A stretch of 39,078 nucleotides of DNA from a virus (Duplodnaviria; Caudoviricetes), in the IMG/VR virus record IMGVR_UViG_3300015050_000895, positions 1 to 39,078 of that record. One strand, written 5' to 3'. The notes under the pieces were generated by a model. The model saw only the letters and a list, made by a program, of their open reading frames with translations, ran no database searches and was not told the origin of the DNA. The translations under genes were made by a program, and so were the position numbers. Shown one piece after another: positions 1 to 7,355 of this stretch (its first letter is position 1; the number at the start of each line of letters is the position of its first letter).

Positions 1-47
1 CGTTTGCCTGATATTTGATGGCAGTTCGTCATTGACTATCAACACCC
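1..47 (+). repeat. Terminal direct repeat (assembly circularisation overlap), copy 1
   Basis: cgtttgcctg...aacaccc is identical to 39032-39078. Confidence 0.95.
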
Positions 48-135
48 GAGTACCCGCATAGCCGACAACACGAGCCACATAAATTTGTGTTTTATTGGAG
101 ACAAACCAGCATGAACCAAGGACCGGAAAATTCAT
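1..135 (-). CDS. Hypothetical protein (68 aa), 5' part; continues across the circular junction into 39031..38960
   Basis: ATG at 135 overlaps the ninG stop (ATGA); manual translation MNFPVLGSCWFVSNKTQIYVARVVGYAGTRVLIVNDELPSNIRQT-PTHADLLKFDTGDGGEYMCVEMP stays open across the junction and ends in another ATGA overlap. Confidence 0.7.
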   Translation of the reverse strand, partial: MNFPVLGSCWFVSNKTQIYVARVVGYAGTRVLIVNDELPSNIRQT

Positions 136-764
136 TCCTGCCCCGCTTTCAGTTCCTTGGCCTTGGCCGAAAACTCGCGTTCCAGGGCCTGCAATTGCTC
201 GATGCTGTAGTGGTTCAACTCGTGCGGGCCTTTCAGCCAATCAACCAGCGCATCACCCTCCTGAGCCCTCAGATTGGCCTCAAACGATGCATTGACGGTG
301 TAGCCCTTGCGTGCGTACTTGCTCGAGCCGCCATTGCACGATTTGCATTGCAGCCATATGTTCAATGGCTCAAGGGCCAATTCAGGACGGGCGCCCTTGC
401 TCAGGAAATGCCCGCCATCCCACAGACCGCCCGGCTTCCATGCGTCTGTGCCGGCAACCTCTTTTTGCGACCGGCCGCAACTCATGCACCCGCTACCCCT
501 TGCAAGCTCCTCCAGGCGGCGGAATGCCTGGATAGCTACCCTGGCCTTGGCAAGCCAGTATTTCCGCGGCTCAAGCTGTTTTAGCTTCGACTTGGTGGCA
601 GCACGCTCCCTGACCGCCTCCCGCCTTTCATCCTTTGCCCGCACCGATCTGGCGAAAGTCAGGGCGCACATGGGGCCGCAGACTTTTTGCCCTATGCGTG
701 ATGGCGTGAACATGCTCGGGCAGACCTTGCACTTCTTGGGCTTGGCGGCTTTTGGGCGGATCAT
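132..764 (-). CDS. ninG: NinG/Rap recombination endonuclease
   Basis: KPKKCKVC...KVCGPMCA N-terminus, CMSCG, WDGGHFLSKGARPELALEPLNIWLQCKSCN; start moved to ATG 764 (ATGA overlap). Confidence 0.9.
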   Translation of the reverse strand: MIRPKAAKPKKCKVCPSMFTPSRIGQKVCGPMCALTFARSVRAKDERREAVRERAATKSKLKQLEPRKYWLAKARVAIQAFRRLEELARGSGCMSCGRSQKEVAGTDAWKPGGLWDGGHFLSKGARPELALEPLNIWLQCKSCNGGSSKYARKGYTVNASFEANLRAQEGDALVDWLKGPHELNHYSIEQLQALEREFSAKAKELKAGQE

Positions 765-961
765 TTGCACCGCCTCGGCTTGGCAACTTCGTAAAACCGG
801 CATCCGCGAACTTGCCGCAGTACCACTTTCTTTTCCTTCTGCAACCCCTCAAGCACCTCACGGCACTCTGCAATGGTAGGCCAGCATGTGATCCAGCGGA
901 ATTGCTCAAGGGTCAGCGGCCCATGGCGCAGCAGCTGGTAGGCGGCGTGGGTGCGGGTCAT
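761..961 (-). CDS. Small winged-helix-like hypothetical protein
   Basis: Translationally coupled on both sides (ATGA); LLRHGPLT...ITCW pattern. Confidence 0.6.
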   Translation of the reverse strand: MTRTHAAYQLLRHGPLTLEQFRWITCWPTIAECREVLEGLQKEKKVVLRQVRGCRFYEVAKPRRCK

Positions 962-1782
962 GCCGTAGCTCCTTGTTTGATTCGAGCGATGCGCCCTAGT
1001 GTTTCGGCGGATGGCGCGGCGGCCAGCTTTGCGTCGTTCTCGCGCTTGACCAGCTCGGGATCGCGCTCTTGTCGGCCGGGGACGGTGGCTACTGCGCCAG
1101 CAGGCATAGCTTTTGGCTGCTCATCAGTCCACCGGCCATCGTTAAGCCATGTAGCCGGGTACGGGATGAACTTCCCGCCCTCCTTTACCCAGTCCTCGGT
1201 CTGCGATTGCCACGCCAATGCCGTCAACATCAGGTCCACAAGGGATTGATCGGGCTTCCGTTTGAGAAACGCTTTCAGCGCGTCGTCCTTGGCCTTCTTC
1301 TTCGGGTATGCGGGCCAGAATTGTTTTTCGAACAACAAAGCGCCGGATGGCGCGGCGGGTTTATCGCCTTCGGATACGACTCCGGATACGGATACGCCTA
1401 GGTGTGCATCTGCTTGCGTCTGCGTAGCATCTGCTGCGCATGTGCTATCTAATGCTGGCGGTTGCGGGTATTTGCTGGCCTTTGCCCTAACTTGCTGGTT
1501 GAACCTCAACACCTCGATATAAGACTTTCCGTCCTGAGCCGGATACACCCTTACAAGGGCCGCTGTGGCGCATGCGGCCAACCACTTCCCTATGTCCGAG
1601 TCGCTTACTTTGTCGATGTGCAGCGGGTAACAAGCCGCCCTGAGAAGCTTGGGACTTGCGTAATAACGCCCGAAGTCGTCCACCACAGATAACAGCCTGC
1701 GATAGAACACCTCTTCCGGCCAGCTAAGCGAGTTAACAGGCTCGCTGGTCAAAATCCCCTCACGAATCAGGCGAGTTGGCAT
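958..1782 (-). CDS. Phage replication initiator (O-like; DnaT-like C-terminal domain)
   Basis: MPTRLIREGILTS...VDDFGR N-terminus; FWPAYPKKKAKDDALKAF...FIPYPATWLNDGRWTDE C-terminus; internal iteron-like repeats; position after the cII region. Confidence 0.85.
   Translation of the reverse strand: MPTRLIREGILTSEPVNSLSWPEEVFYRRLLSVVDDFGRYYASPKLLRAACYPLHIDKVSDSDIGKWLAACATAALVRVYPAQDGKSYIEVLRFNQQVRAKASKYPQPPALDSTCAADATQTQADAHLGVSVSGVVSEGDKPAAPSGALLFEKQFWPAYPKKKAKDDALKAFLKRKPDQSLVDLMLTALAWQSQTEDWVKEGGKFIPYPATWLNDGRWTDEQPKAMPAGAVATVPGRQERDPELVKRENDAKLAAAPSAETLGRIARIKQGATA
1371..1434. repeat. Putative replication origin iterons inside the initiator gene
   Basis: GGATACG x3 (1372-1396) and GCRTCTGC x3 at 1406, 1416 and 1427 (10-11 bp period); lambdoid origins lie within O. 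Confidence 0.5.
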
Positions 1783-1785
1783 TGC

Positions 1786-2652
1786 TCAGGCAGTCTTTTT
1801 CCAGTTAAACTTCTGTGCAGGTTTCGCAACCTCTGGCCCGGCTTTTGCTGGGCCTTTTTTTATCTCGTTCAAAACGAACTGGCGCACCGTCGCGATCTGC
1901 TCCGGCATGTTCTTGACGGTGATGCGCGTGGTTTCCGGGTCTTTGGAGCTGAAAGCACGCTGAGCCCGGCAGAAAAGATCCAGCCCACGAGCCGAAACGA
2001 TCTTGCCGCTCATGTTCTGCTGCGCAAGAACGCGGACCGCTGGCGGCATAGCTGTGATGTTGGAATGAATCAGCGAGTCGTAAGCCACGCGGACGAAATC
2101 CTTGTTGTGGCCGGTCTTCATGTTGTAGATGGCGGCGGCACGCACAGCGGCCGATGACCAAGTCCGCGCAACGCCGGGGCAGAATGTAACCAGCAATTCG
2201 TACTCGGGCTGCACCCAGTCGATAAACGGCTTGATGAATTGGGGTGTGATACCCGTGCGCTCACTTACCGCAAGACGAACGAAGAAACGCCCAGCAGCGA
2301 CAAGGCCCGATGAAACGGCGTAAAGGTCTGACGTTGTGCGCTTGAAGCCTTGGTCAATCGAGTCAAAGGTGTCCTCGTCAAGATCGGCCGTGACGTTCAT
2401 GGGGACGACGGTCTTGTCCGGAAGTTCACTGATGAATGTGAGGCGGTGCTGTCCGTCAAGCAGGCGCCCCGACTTGGCGAAGGCAATACCCTGATGGGTA
2501 ATCTTCCATTCACCACGACGATAGGCGGCAAGAAAGCCGTCAACGACGCCTGGGCGCAGTGGACGGTTATCGTGATTGCGCTCAAGCCATTCGCGGGCCA
2601 TCGCAGGGGAGACGAGAGTCAAACGTGTTTCCATGGTTTCGCTACCTTTCAT
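1786..2652 (-). CDS. ParB/Srx-like (DGQHR) domain protein
   Basis: VSPAMAREWLERNHDNRPL...GEW...QGIAF...LLDGQHRL motif. Confidence 0.8.
   Translation of the reverse strand: MKGSETMETRLTLVSPAMAREWLERNHDNRPLRPGVVDGFLAAYRRGEWKITHQGIAFAKSGRLLDGQHRLTFISELPDKTVVPMNVTADLDEDTFDSIDQGFKRTTSDLYAVSSGLVAAGRFFVRLAVSERTGITPQFIKPFIDWVQPEYELLVTFCPGVARTWSSAAVRAAAIYNMKTGHNKDFVRVAYDSLIHSNITAMPPAVRVLAQQNMSGKIVSARGLDLFCRAQRAFSSKDPETTRITVKNMPEQIATVRQFVLNEIKKGPAKAGPEVAKPAQKFNWKKTA
1835..1861 (+). terminator. Antisense intrinsic terminator (oop/t0-like position)
   Basis: GGCCCGGC-TTTT-GCTGGGCC followed by T7, opposite to the operon and just upstream of the initiator gene. Confidence 0.6.
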
Positions 2653-3287
2653 GCCGTCACTGCGGCTATTGCATCCATCAGCTCGGCAAGTAGCGAACGC
2701 TCCTGCTCGGTGAAGGAATCTTGAGAACGCACAGCCGTCAACGTGAGGCGTGCGTATGTTTCGATTAGGGAGACGCCGCGCTCTTGGGCGGCCTTCAGTT
2801 CGGCGCGCATGGCGTCAGCCTTCGGGCCTTTTTGTGCCGGGCCATTTGGGCGCGTGCCCGAGGCTTCGCGCAGCATGAATGCGGTGGTCACTTGGCCAGC
2901 TGTTTCTTTGGCGGTTGCTACAGCAGTTTCAAAGTGTTCGTCCGACATGCCGGCGAGTGATTGCCAGCGAGAGGATTGAACCTTGGTGACTCCGACATCT
3001 GCCAGTGTTTGGGCGGTGTCATCGTGCGACCGCCGAACAGAACCGTCCGGAGCGCGGCCATTGAACTTAGAGCCCTTGGATTTCTCCATGCCGGCAAGCA
3101 GCTCACCCGCCTTGCGCTCGGCCCTGACTTTGATTTCAGTCGCCCACTGGACCAATTCGGTATCCTTGGCCTGACGGGCATATGCAGCCATCGCCTCGGC
3201 CTTGTCGCGGATGTCTTTCACCTCGTCAACGCGCTGGCACTCGGCCAAAGCATTGCGGGCTTGTTCGTAGCGGACTAGTTGGGTCAT
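2649..3287 (-). CDS. Phage protein with the helical N-terminal domain often found on phage DNA methyltransferases; no catalytic domain seen
   Basis: YEQARNALAECQRVDEVKDIRDKAEAMAAYARQAKD...AERKAGELL...TLADVGVTKVQSSRWQSLA; family association from recall. Confidence 0.65.
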   Translation of the reverse strand: MTQLVRYEQARNALAECQRVDEVKDIRDKAEAMAAYARQAKDTELVQWATEIKVRAERKAGELLAGMEKSKGSKFNGRAPDGSVRRSHDDTAQTLADVGVTKVQSSRWQSLAGMSDEHFETAVATAKETAGQVTTAFMLREASGTRPNGPAQKGPKADAMRAELKAAQERGVSLIETYARLTLTAVRSQDSFTEQERSLLAELMDAIAAVTA

Positions 3288-3490
3288 GACACCACCTTGT
3301 AGGCCTTGACCCGTTTACCGTTGTCCAGCCGCACCCACTTGTCGGCCACCTTCACGCCGGCCTTGCGGAACTCACCGCAGCGCTGGGAAAGGCTTAGGCA
3401 CCCAGCGTGCTGCAAGGCGTCCAGCGGCGTGATATAGCGAGTTTTGAGCAGGCTCAAGAGGGCTTTCCGCATTCTTGGTTTGGCGATCAT
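3284..3490 (-). CDS. Winged helix-turn-helix protein
   Basis: ITPLDALQHAGCLSLSQRCGEFRKAGVKV...GKRVKAY pattern. Confidence 0.75.
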   Translation of the reverse strand: MIAKPRMRKALLSLLKTRYITPLDALQHAGCLSLSQRCGEFRKAGVKVADKWVRLDNGKRVKAYKVVS

Positions 3491-3540
3491 CTAGCTTCTC
3501 CTTTTTGCGTCGAACTCTATGGGGAGTTGGTTACTGGGGT

Positions 3541-3915
3541 TCATGGCTTAGGCCGCCTAAGTTGCTCATCAATTGCTTGATCTAGTTGTTCCGCCGCAGA
3601 GCCTGCTAGCCACCGTGGCAGATGCCAAAACAGGCAAGGGAAGCCGCGATTGAGGAAGGCGGCGTTATTCCGCATATAGCGATACCGCTCAGCGTCTATT
3701 TCAGCGCCCGAAATTGGTTTTTCGGCGAGAATGGCGGCAGTGTCTTTCCCAAGTTGTGATTGCAGGTAGCCCGACTCGATCAGGCCGCCGAGCGGGTCCC
3801 GTGGAGCTTCGGCACAGGTTGAATCTGCGGCCCTTCTCGCTCTGGAATGCCGGGTGTTGTTGTCGTGGTGCGCCTGCAGAAGCGCACGCAGGTTTTCGTT
3901 TTCGATGGTGTTCAT
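3541..3915 (-). CDS. Hypothetical protein (DAERYR...LDQAID module)
   Basis: ATGA coupling; common phage C-terminal module. Confidence 0.7.
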   Translation of the reverse strand: MNTIENENLRALLQAHHDNNTRHSRARRAADSTCAEAPRDPLGGLIESGYLQSQLGKDTAAILAEKPISGAEIDAERYRYMRNNAAFLNRGFPCLFWHLPRWLAGSAAEQLDQAIDEQLRRPKP

Positions 3916-4136
3916 GGCTTGGCCTCCTGAACATCGTTGACAACTGAATGCGGCATTTCGGCTGAAATCCAGAATCCTGCGGCGTTCTTGCTCATGCCTT
4001 TAGAGGCCATCTCGACAACAGTCATGCATCGTCTATCGACGCCATGCTCTCCGTGCCGGTGCTTATTGAAGGCAAAAGACGAATTGAAATACTCGTCGCA
4101 GCCAGGGCATTGATTGCGATCACCGGAGAGCTTCAT
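3912..4136 (-). CDS. Small zinc-binding protein (CxxC...FxKHR, FDXHR-like)
   Basis: NQCPGCDEYFNSSFAFNKHR...RRC; start at ATG 4136 (ATGA overlap). Confidence 0.75.
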   Translation of the reverse strand: MKLSGDRNQCPGCDEYFNSSFAFNKHRHGEHGVDRRCMTVVEMASKGMSKNAAGFWISAEMPHSVVNDVQEAKP

Positions 4137-4432
4137 GGTGTGGCCCCTGTTGCTTTGGCGATGACGTCTCGGGCCGTGTAGATCCAACCCTTCTGCGTCG
4201 AATCTCTGGCGAGTGGTGCGAACAGTAGTTCAAGCGCCCGCAAGGCCTCCAGCAACTCAGGAGCGGCGGCTTTTAAGGTGGCGTTTGCTTCGGCTTCCTC
4301 AATGTCACCAGACATTTCACTTTCTGGAAGCATGGCTCCGTCTGGGCCAACTACGGTAAAACCAGTCGTGTCGGATATGTTGTCGTGCCACTGTCGAACA
4401 GCCCACGGCCCCGGCGTATGTGCGGCATTCAT
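4133..4432 (-). CDS. Hypothetical protein (HTPGPW...ANAxLxAAAPELLEAL family)
   Basis: Recognisable common phage motif; ATGA coupling. Confidence 0.8.
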   Translation of the reverse strand: MNAAHTPGPWAVRQWHDNISDTTGFTVVGPDGAMLPESEMSGDIEEAEANATLKAAAPELLEALRALELLFAPLARDSTQKGWIYTARDVIAKATGATP

Positions 4433-4749
4433 CCCTGCACCCTTCCATTCAGCGACTTCTCACCAGCCCCAGCGCGGATGTTCCATTTGGGCGGCGTGTA
4501 AATCTCGGTGGTGGTCGCATTGCCGTAGTACCGCGCCTCGGTTGGCTTGCCTTTGCCGTCCATGTAGTTCCGGCCCTTCTGAGTAAGCTTGTAGCCAGTC
4601 TTGATCTGGGCGATGTAGCCAAGCTCTTGAAGCTCTTCTAGGTAGAAGCTGCATGTGGCGGGCTTTAGCTGGAACTCGGAGCAGAAGTAGCCATGATTGC
4701 GGCTGAATTGGCCAAGCTTTTTCAACATCTCGTTCTGGATGGTGTTCAT
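4429..4749 (-). CDS. Hypothetical protein, winged-helix-like
   Basis: LEELQELGYI...YKLTQKGR pattern; ATGA coupling. Confidence 0.6.
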   Translation of the reverse strand: MNTIQNEMLKKLGQFSRNHGYFCSEFQLKPATCSFYLEELQELGYIAQIKTGYKLTQKGRNYMDGKGKPTEARYYGNATTTEIYTPPKWNIRAGAGEKSLNGRVQG

Positions 4750-5114
4750 GATTGCTCCTTGGGGGCGGCGGGGATAACCATGAAATGCGAGATGCCCTCA
4801 ACGGAATTTCCTGCAATGTGTGCAATGACCACGACAATGTCGCCGCCGCCGTAGTTGAAGACCTTGCCCATGTGCGTGCCGAACTTTCCGCTCAGCAAAA
4901 CATCCTCGGACTCGGTGGTTTCGGGCGCCGTCTCAATCGGTCGCCACACAGCCCCTTGCGGTGCTTGTGGTTGGGTGGCGAGAGCGGCTTGCCATGTGAC
5001 CCATGCAACATTTGCGGGCATGTATTTGTAGTGCGGCCCGTTGCGCTCAAGGGCGACCGGATTAGGACCGGTGTACCAAGCCTCAAACTCTTCTCGCATC
5101 TGTTCGGCGCTCAT
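4746..5114 (-). CDS. DUF551-like protein
   Basis: REEFEAW...WQAA then WRPIETAP...SHFMVIPAAP; start at ATG 5114 with AGGAG upstream. Confidence 0.7.
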   Translation of the reverse strand: MSAEQMREEFEAWYTGPNPVALERNGPHYKYMPANVAWVTWQAALATQPQAPQGAVWRPIETAPETTESEDVLLSGKFGTHMGKVFNYGGGDIVVVIAHIAGNSVEGISHFMVIPAAPKEQS

Positions 5115-5139
5115 GCTCTTTCTCCTTGGGTAGGTGGGG

Positions 5140-5547
5140 TTAGGCGGAACGACCAAGCAAAACCCGCTTGAGTGCCGCGTTTTCTTCCTGCGCAAGCCGC
5201 AGGCGCTTTTCGGTTTCCGTCTCCAGATGGCGCAAGCTGTTCAAGTCATAGCCGCGTGAGTGCAGCAACCACATCAGCGGCACCTCGTTGCCCGCCAAGT
5301 CCATGAACAGGTTCAGCTTGTCGTGCGGGAAGTTGTGTGGGCTTGACCCCATGATTCGGGACCACTGGGCCTGATCCTTGACGATGCCGTCAGGGCCGTA
5401 AAACTGCGCGTCATCCTTGCCGCTCAAGGTCTGGCACAGCTGCAGCGCCTTGGTCATGGTCGGCTGCTTGACGATCAGCGCAGGGTCTACCGCCTGAATG
5501 TGGGCCGTCATCGGGATAGAAAACTGGGACGGATCAACGTAGTTCAT
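5140..5547 (-). CDS. CII-like transcriptional regulator
   Basis: Position after cro; DQAQWSRI helix and C-terminal coiled coil; ATGTCTCG direct repeat (5553, 5563) next to its start. Confidence 0.6.
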   Translation of the reverse strand: MNYVDPSQFSIPMTAHIQAVDPALIVKQPTMTKALQLCQTLSGKDDAQFYGPDGIVKDQAQWSRIMGSSPHNFPHDKLNLFMDLAGNEVPLMWLLHSRGYDLNSLRHLETETEKRLRLAQEENAALKRVLLGRSA

Positions 5548-5581
5548 TTCTTATGTCTCGTCATGTCTCGTTGATTCAGGC

Positions 5582-5603
5582 AAAAAAAGTGACCATCTGG
5601 TCA
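5582..5603 (-). terminator. tR1-like hairpin/terminator
   Basis: Minus strand TGACC-AGAT-GGTCA then CTTTTTTT, between cro and the cII-like gene. Confidence 0.4.
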
Positions 5604-5686
5604 TGCAAAATTTCATTCACATCCACGACGCGCTGCTTGCGGGTCTTTGCCCTGCGGTTAGGGGGGATCAGTGCTTGGTGCATGCT

Positions 5687-5860
5687 CTAGTCCTTGCTCA
5701 GCAAGTAGATCACCCAGCACAGCACAATCGCAGAGGAAATCCCGCCGACCGCCATGCCACCCGGGGTGCGCTGCGGGATGTTTCCGAGCGCGAAATAGAT
5801 GAAGATGGTGAAAAGCCCAAGAGCTTGGTAAACGAGGCAAGCTATAAGAAACGTTTTCAT
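5687..5860 (-). CDS. Small two-TM membrane protein (57 aa), not in the ORF track
   Basis: Manual translation MKTFLIACLVYQALGLFTIFIYFALGNIPQRTPGGMAVGGISSAIVLCWVIYLLSKD; starts 3 nt after the cro stop. Confidence 0.65.
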   Translation of the reverse strand: MKTFLIACLVYQALGLFTIFIYFALGNIPQRTPGGMAVGGISSAIVLCWVIYLLSKD

Positions 5861-5863
5861 CGC

Positions 5864-6100
5864 TCATGCCCCCTGCTGCTCTGTGGCGCGGCGCTTAAAC
5901 TTGTCAAGCCCAAGAACGCGGTCAAGACAGCCCGGGTCGGCTTTGAGCTTCCCCTTGCTGAGTTTTTCGATCTGAAGCTGGCGGGCGTCAGGGATGACCC
6001 CGGCCCGTACCCAGTCGCTGACGGTGCTTTGATTGCAGCCCAGCGCACCAGCCGTCAGCTGCTGATTGCCGTAATGGCTGGTAACTTGTTCAGGGGTCAT
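5864..6100 (-). CDS. cro: Cro-like repressor
   Basis: HYGNQQLTAGALGCNQSTVSDW...IPDARQLQIEKLSKGKLKAD; divergent from cI; start ATG 6100. Confidence 0.9.
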   Translation of the reverse strand: MTPEQVTSHYGNQQLTAGALGCNQSTVSDWVRAGVIPDARQLQIEKLSKGKLKADPGCLDRVLGLDKFKRRATEQQGA

Positions 6101-6108
6101 GCCGAGAT

Positions 6109-6163
6109 TATGGCACTTGCCATATGGCATTTGCCATGAATTTTAACTATGGCAATGGCAATA
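6109..6163. promoter_or_regulatory. oR operators (three 16-bp palindromes) overlapping pR/pRM
   Basis: TATGGCACTTGCCATA (6109), TATGGCATTTGCCATG (6123), TATGGCAATGGCAATA (6148); consensus TATGGC-N4-GCCATA. Confidence 0.9.
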
Positions 6164-6171
6164 TCCATTGG

Positions 6172-6624
6172 ATGACTACACCGGGAAAACGCCTGCGCGC
6201 CCTGCGCAAGGAAAAACAGATTAGCCAGGTTGGCTTGGCCGCCATGGTGGGCGTCGATCAATCCACCATCTCCGACATAGAGAACGACCGGGGCCTGAGC
6301 GCGGAGAACATGATGCGGCTCTGTGACGCCCTGGAAACCACCCCGCAGTACGTTATGCGAGGCTCTGCGGGGGTACAGGATGTGCTCCAACAGATCAAGG
6401 CACTTATTACCGGCGCCCCATCGGAAGCCAGTAATTCTGACAGGATGGTAGATGTGGGAAAACCCGCACCTCAAGTAGCCGCACAACCCTCCGGCAAGGA
6501 ACACAATAAAGTCGCGGGGCCTAAATTTGGACCCGCCGCGAAGAAGTTCTTTAAAGGGAAAAAAAATGAGCGTAGTAATACAAATGCCGCGCCGGCCAAA
6601 AAGCGAAGCGGTCCAAGTTCTTGA
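6172..6624 (+). CDS. cI: CI-like repressor (XRE HTH, no S24 peptidase domain)
   Basis: GKRLRALRKEKQISQVGLAAMVGVDQSTISDIEN HTH; flanked by oR and oL; start ATG 6172. Confidence 0.85.
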   Translation: MTTPGKRLRALRKEKQISQVGLAAMVGVDQSTISDIENDRGLSAENMMRLCDALETTPQYVMRGSAGVQDVLQQIKALITGAPSEASNSDRMVDVGKPAPQVAAQPSGKEHNKVAGPKFGPAAKKFFKGKKNERSNTNAAPAKKRSGPSS

Positions 6625-6799
6625 AGAGGTGTTAGGTATGTCCGTCGTCACGGAGCCTTCAGGGCTTATCGTGATCGCACAGTTCCCAGTGGGCGCCTGC
6701 CATGTTGGCGCCTCCGGCCTGTACCTGCGGGATCGAGCGCACATGAACGACGCGCTATTCCGATTAAGTGAATATTTCCGCAAGCAGCAGCGGCACTAG
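6566..6799 (+). CDS. Hypothetical protein co-transcribed with cI (77 aa)
   Basis: AAGGG SD then ATG 6566; followed by a terminator. Confidence 0.7.
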   Translation: MSVVIQMPRRPKSEAVQVLEEVLGMSVVTEPSGLIVIAQFPVGACHVGASGLYLRDRAHMNDALFRLSEYFRKQQRH

Positions 6800-6826
6800 A
6801 GCTGCCGGCACCTGCCGAACCCAAAC

Positions 6827-6851
6827 AAGCCACCCTTGAGGTGGTTTTTTT
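6827..6851 (+). terminator. Intrinsic terminator of the immunity operon
   Basis: GCCACC-CTTGA-GGTGGT followed by a T run. Confidence 0.8.
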
Positions 6852-6924
6852 ACGTCCTCTGCAGAGGTAAATAGCCTAGCCCTATCAACTTCGGAAACGA
6901 GATTAAATCATTTTCGCGCCGGAC

Positions 6925-6956
6925 TATGGCTTTTGCCATATGGCGTATGCCATACT
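6925..6956 (+). promoter_or_regulatory. oL operators and pL promoter
   Basis: TATGGCTTTTGCCATA (6925) and TATGGCGTATGCCATA (6939), overlapping by 2 bp as at oR; -10-like CATACT at 6951-6956. Confidence 0.85.
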
Positions 6957-7036
6957 TCGTCATCGCCTCAGAAATTGCACAGATGTTCTGCGTAGCTGGA
7001 TGGGGTGATGGATCAGAAACCTAACTGGAGATTTCA

Positions 7037-7276
7037 ATGAGCAACGTTCACACGCCGGAGCGCCAAGAGGGCGAATCGCAACTTGAATACCGCATCCGCC
7101 AAAAAAGCAGCGCCGCCCTTGGCCGCATCACCCAGCACGGCACGCCGAACACCGGTCGCTTTGTCGCTCACGGCAATCCACAGGCTCGCATGCGCCGCAA
7201 CGAAATCAAAGCCGCTGGCGGCATCCGCCAATTCAAGCGCGCACGCAGCGCGGCACTTCGCGCAATGAACCCCTAA
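7037..7276 (+). CDS. Basic Arg-rich protein, first gene of the pL operon (N-antiterminator position)
   Basis: GGAG SD; QARMRRNEIKAAGGIRQFKRAR; function inferred from position only. Confidence 0.65.
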   Translation: MSNVHTPERQEGESQLEYRIRQKSSAALGRITQHGTPNTGRFVAHGNPQARMRRNEIKAAGGIRQFKRARSAALRAMNP

Positions 7277-7355
7277 CAACCCTCATGCACTACGAGCTAG
7301 TGCATTGGAGTTGAGAGTTTTTTAGCAAGAGCAACCAATAACTGGAGAAGATCGA

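Noticed and set aside
1-47. Biological terminal repeat or att site
   Set aside because: It falls in the middle of a coding chain and attP is elsewhere; best explained as assembler overlap
5603-6139. 178-aa plus-strand ORF
   Set aside because: Antisense to cro and the 57-aa membrane gene and runs through the operators; no recognisable domain (a pRE-type transcript here is still possible)
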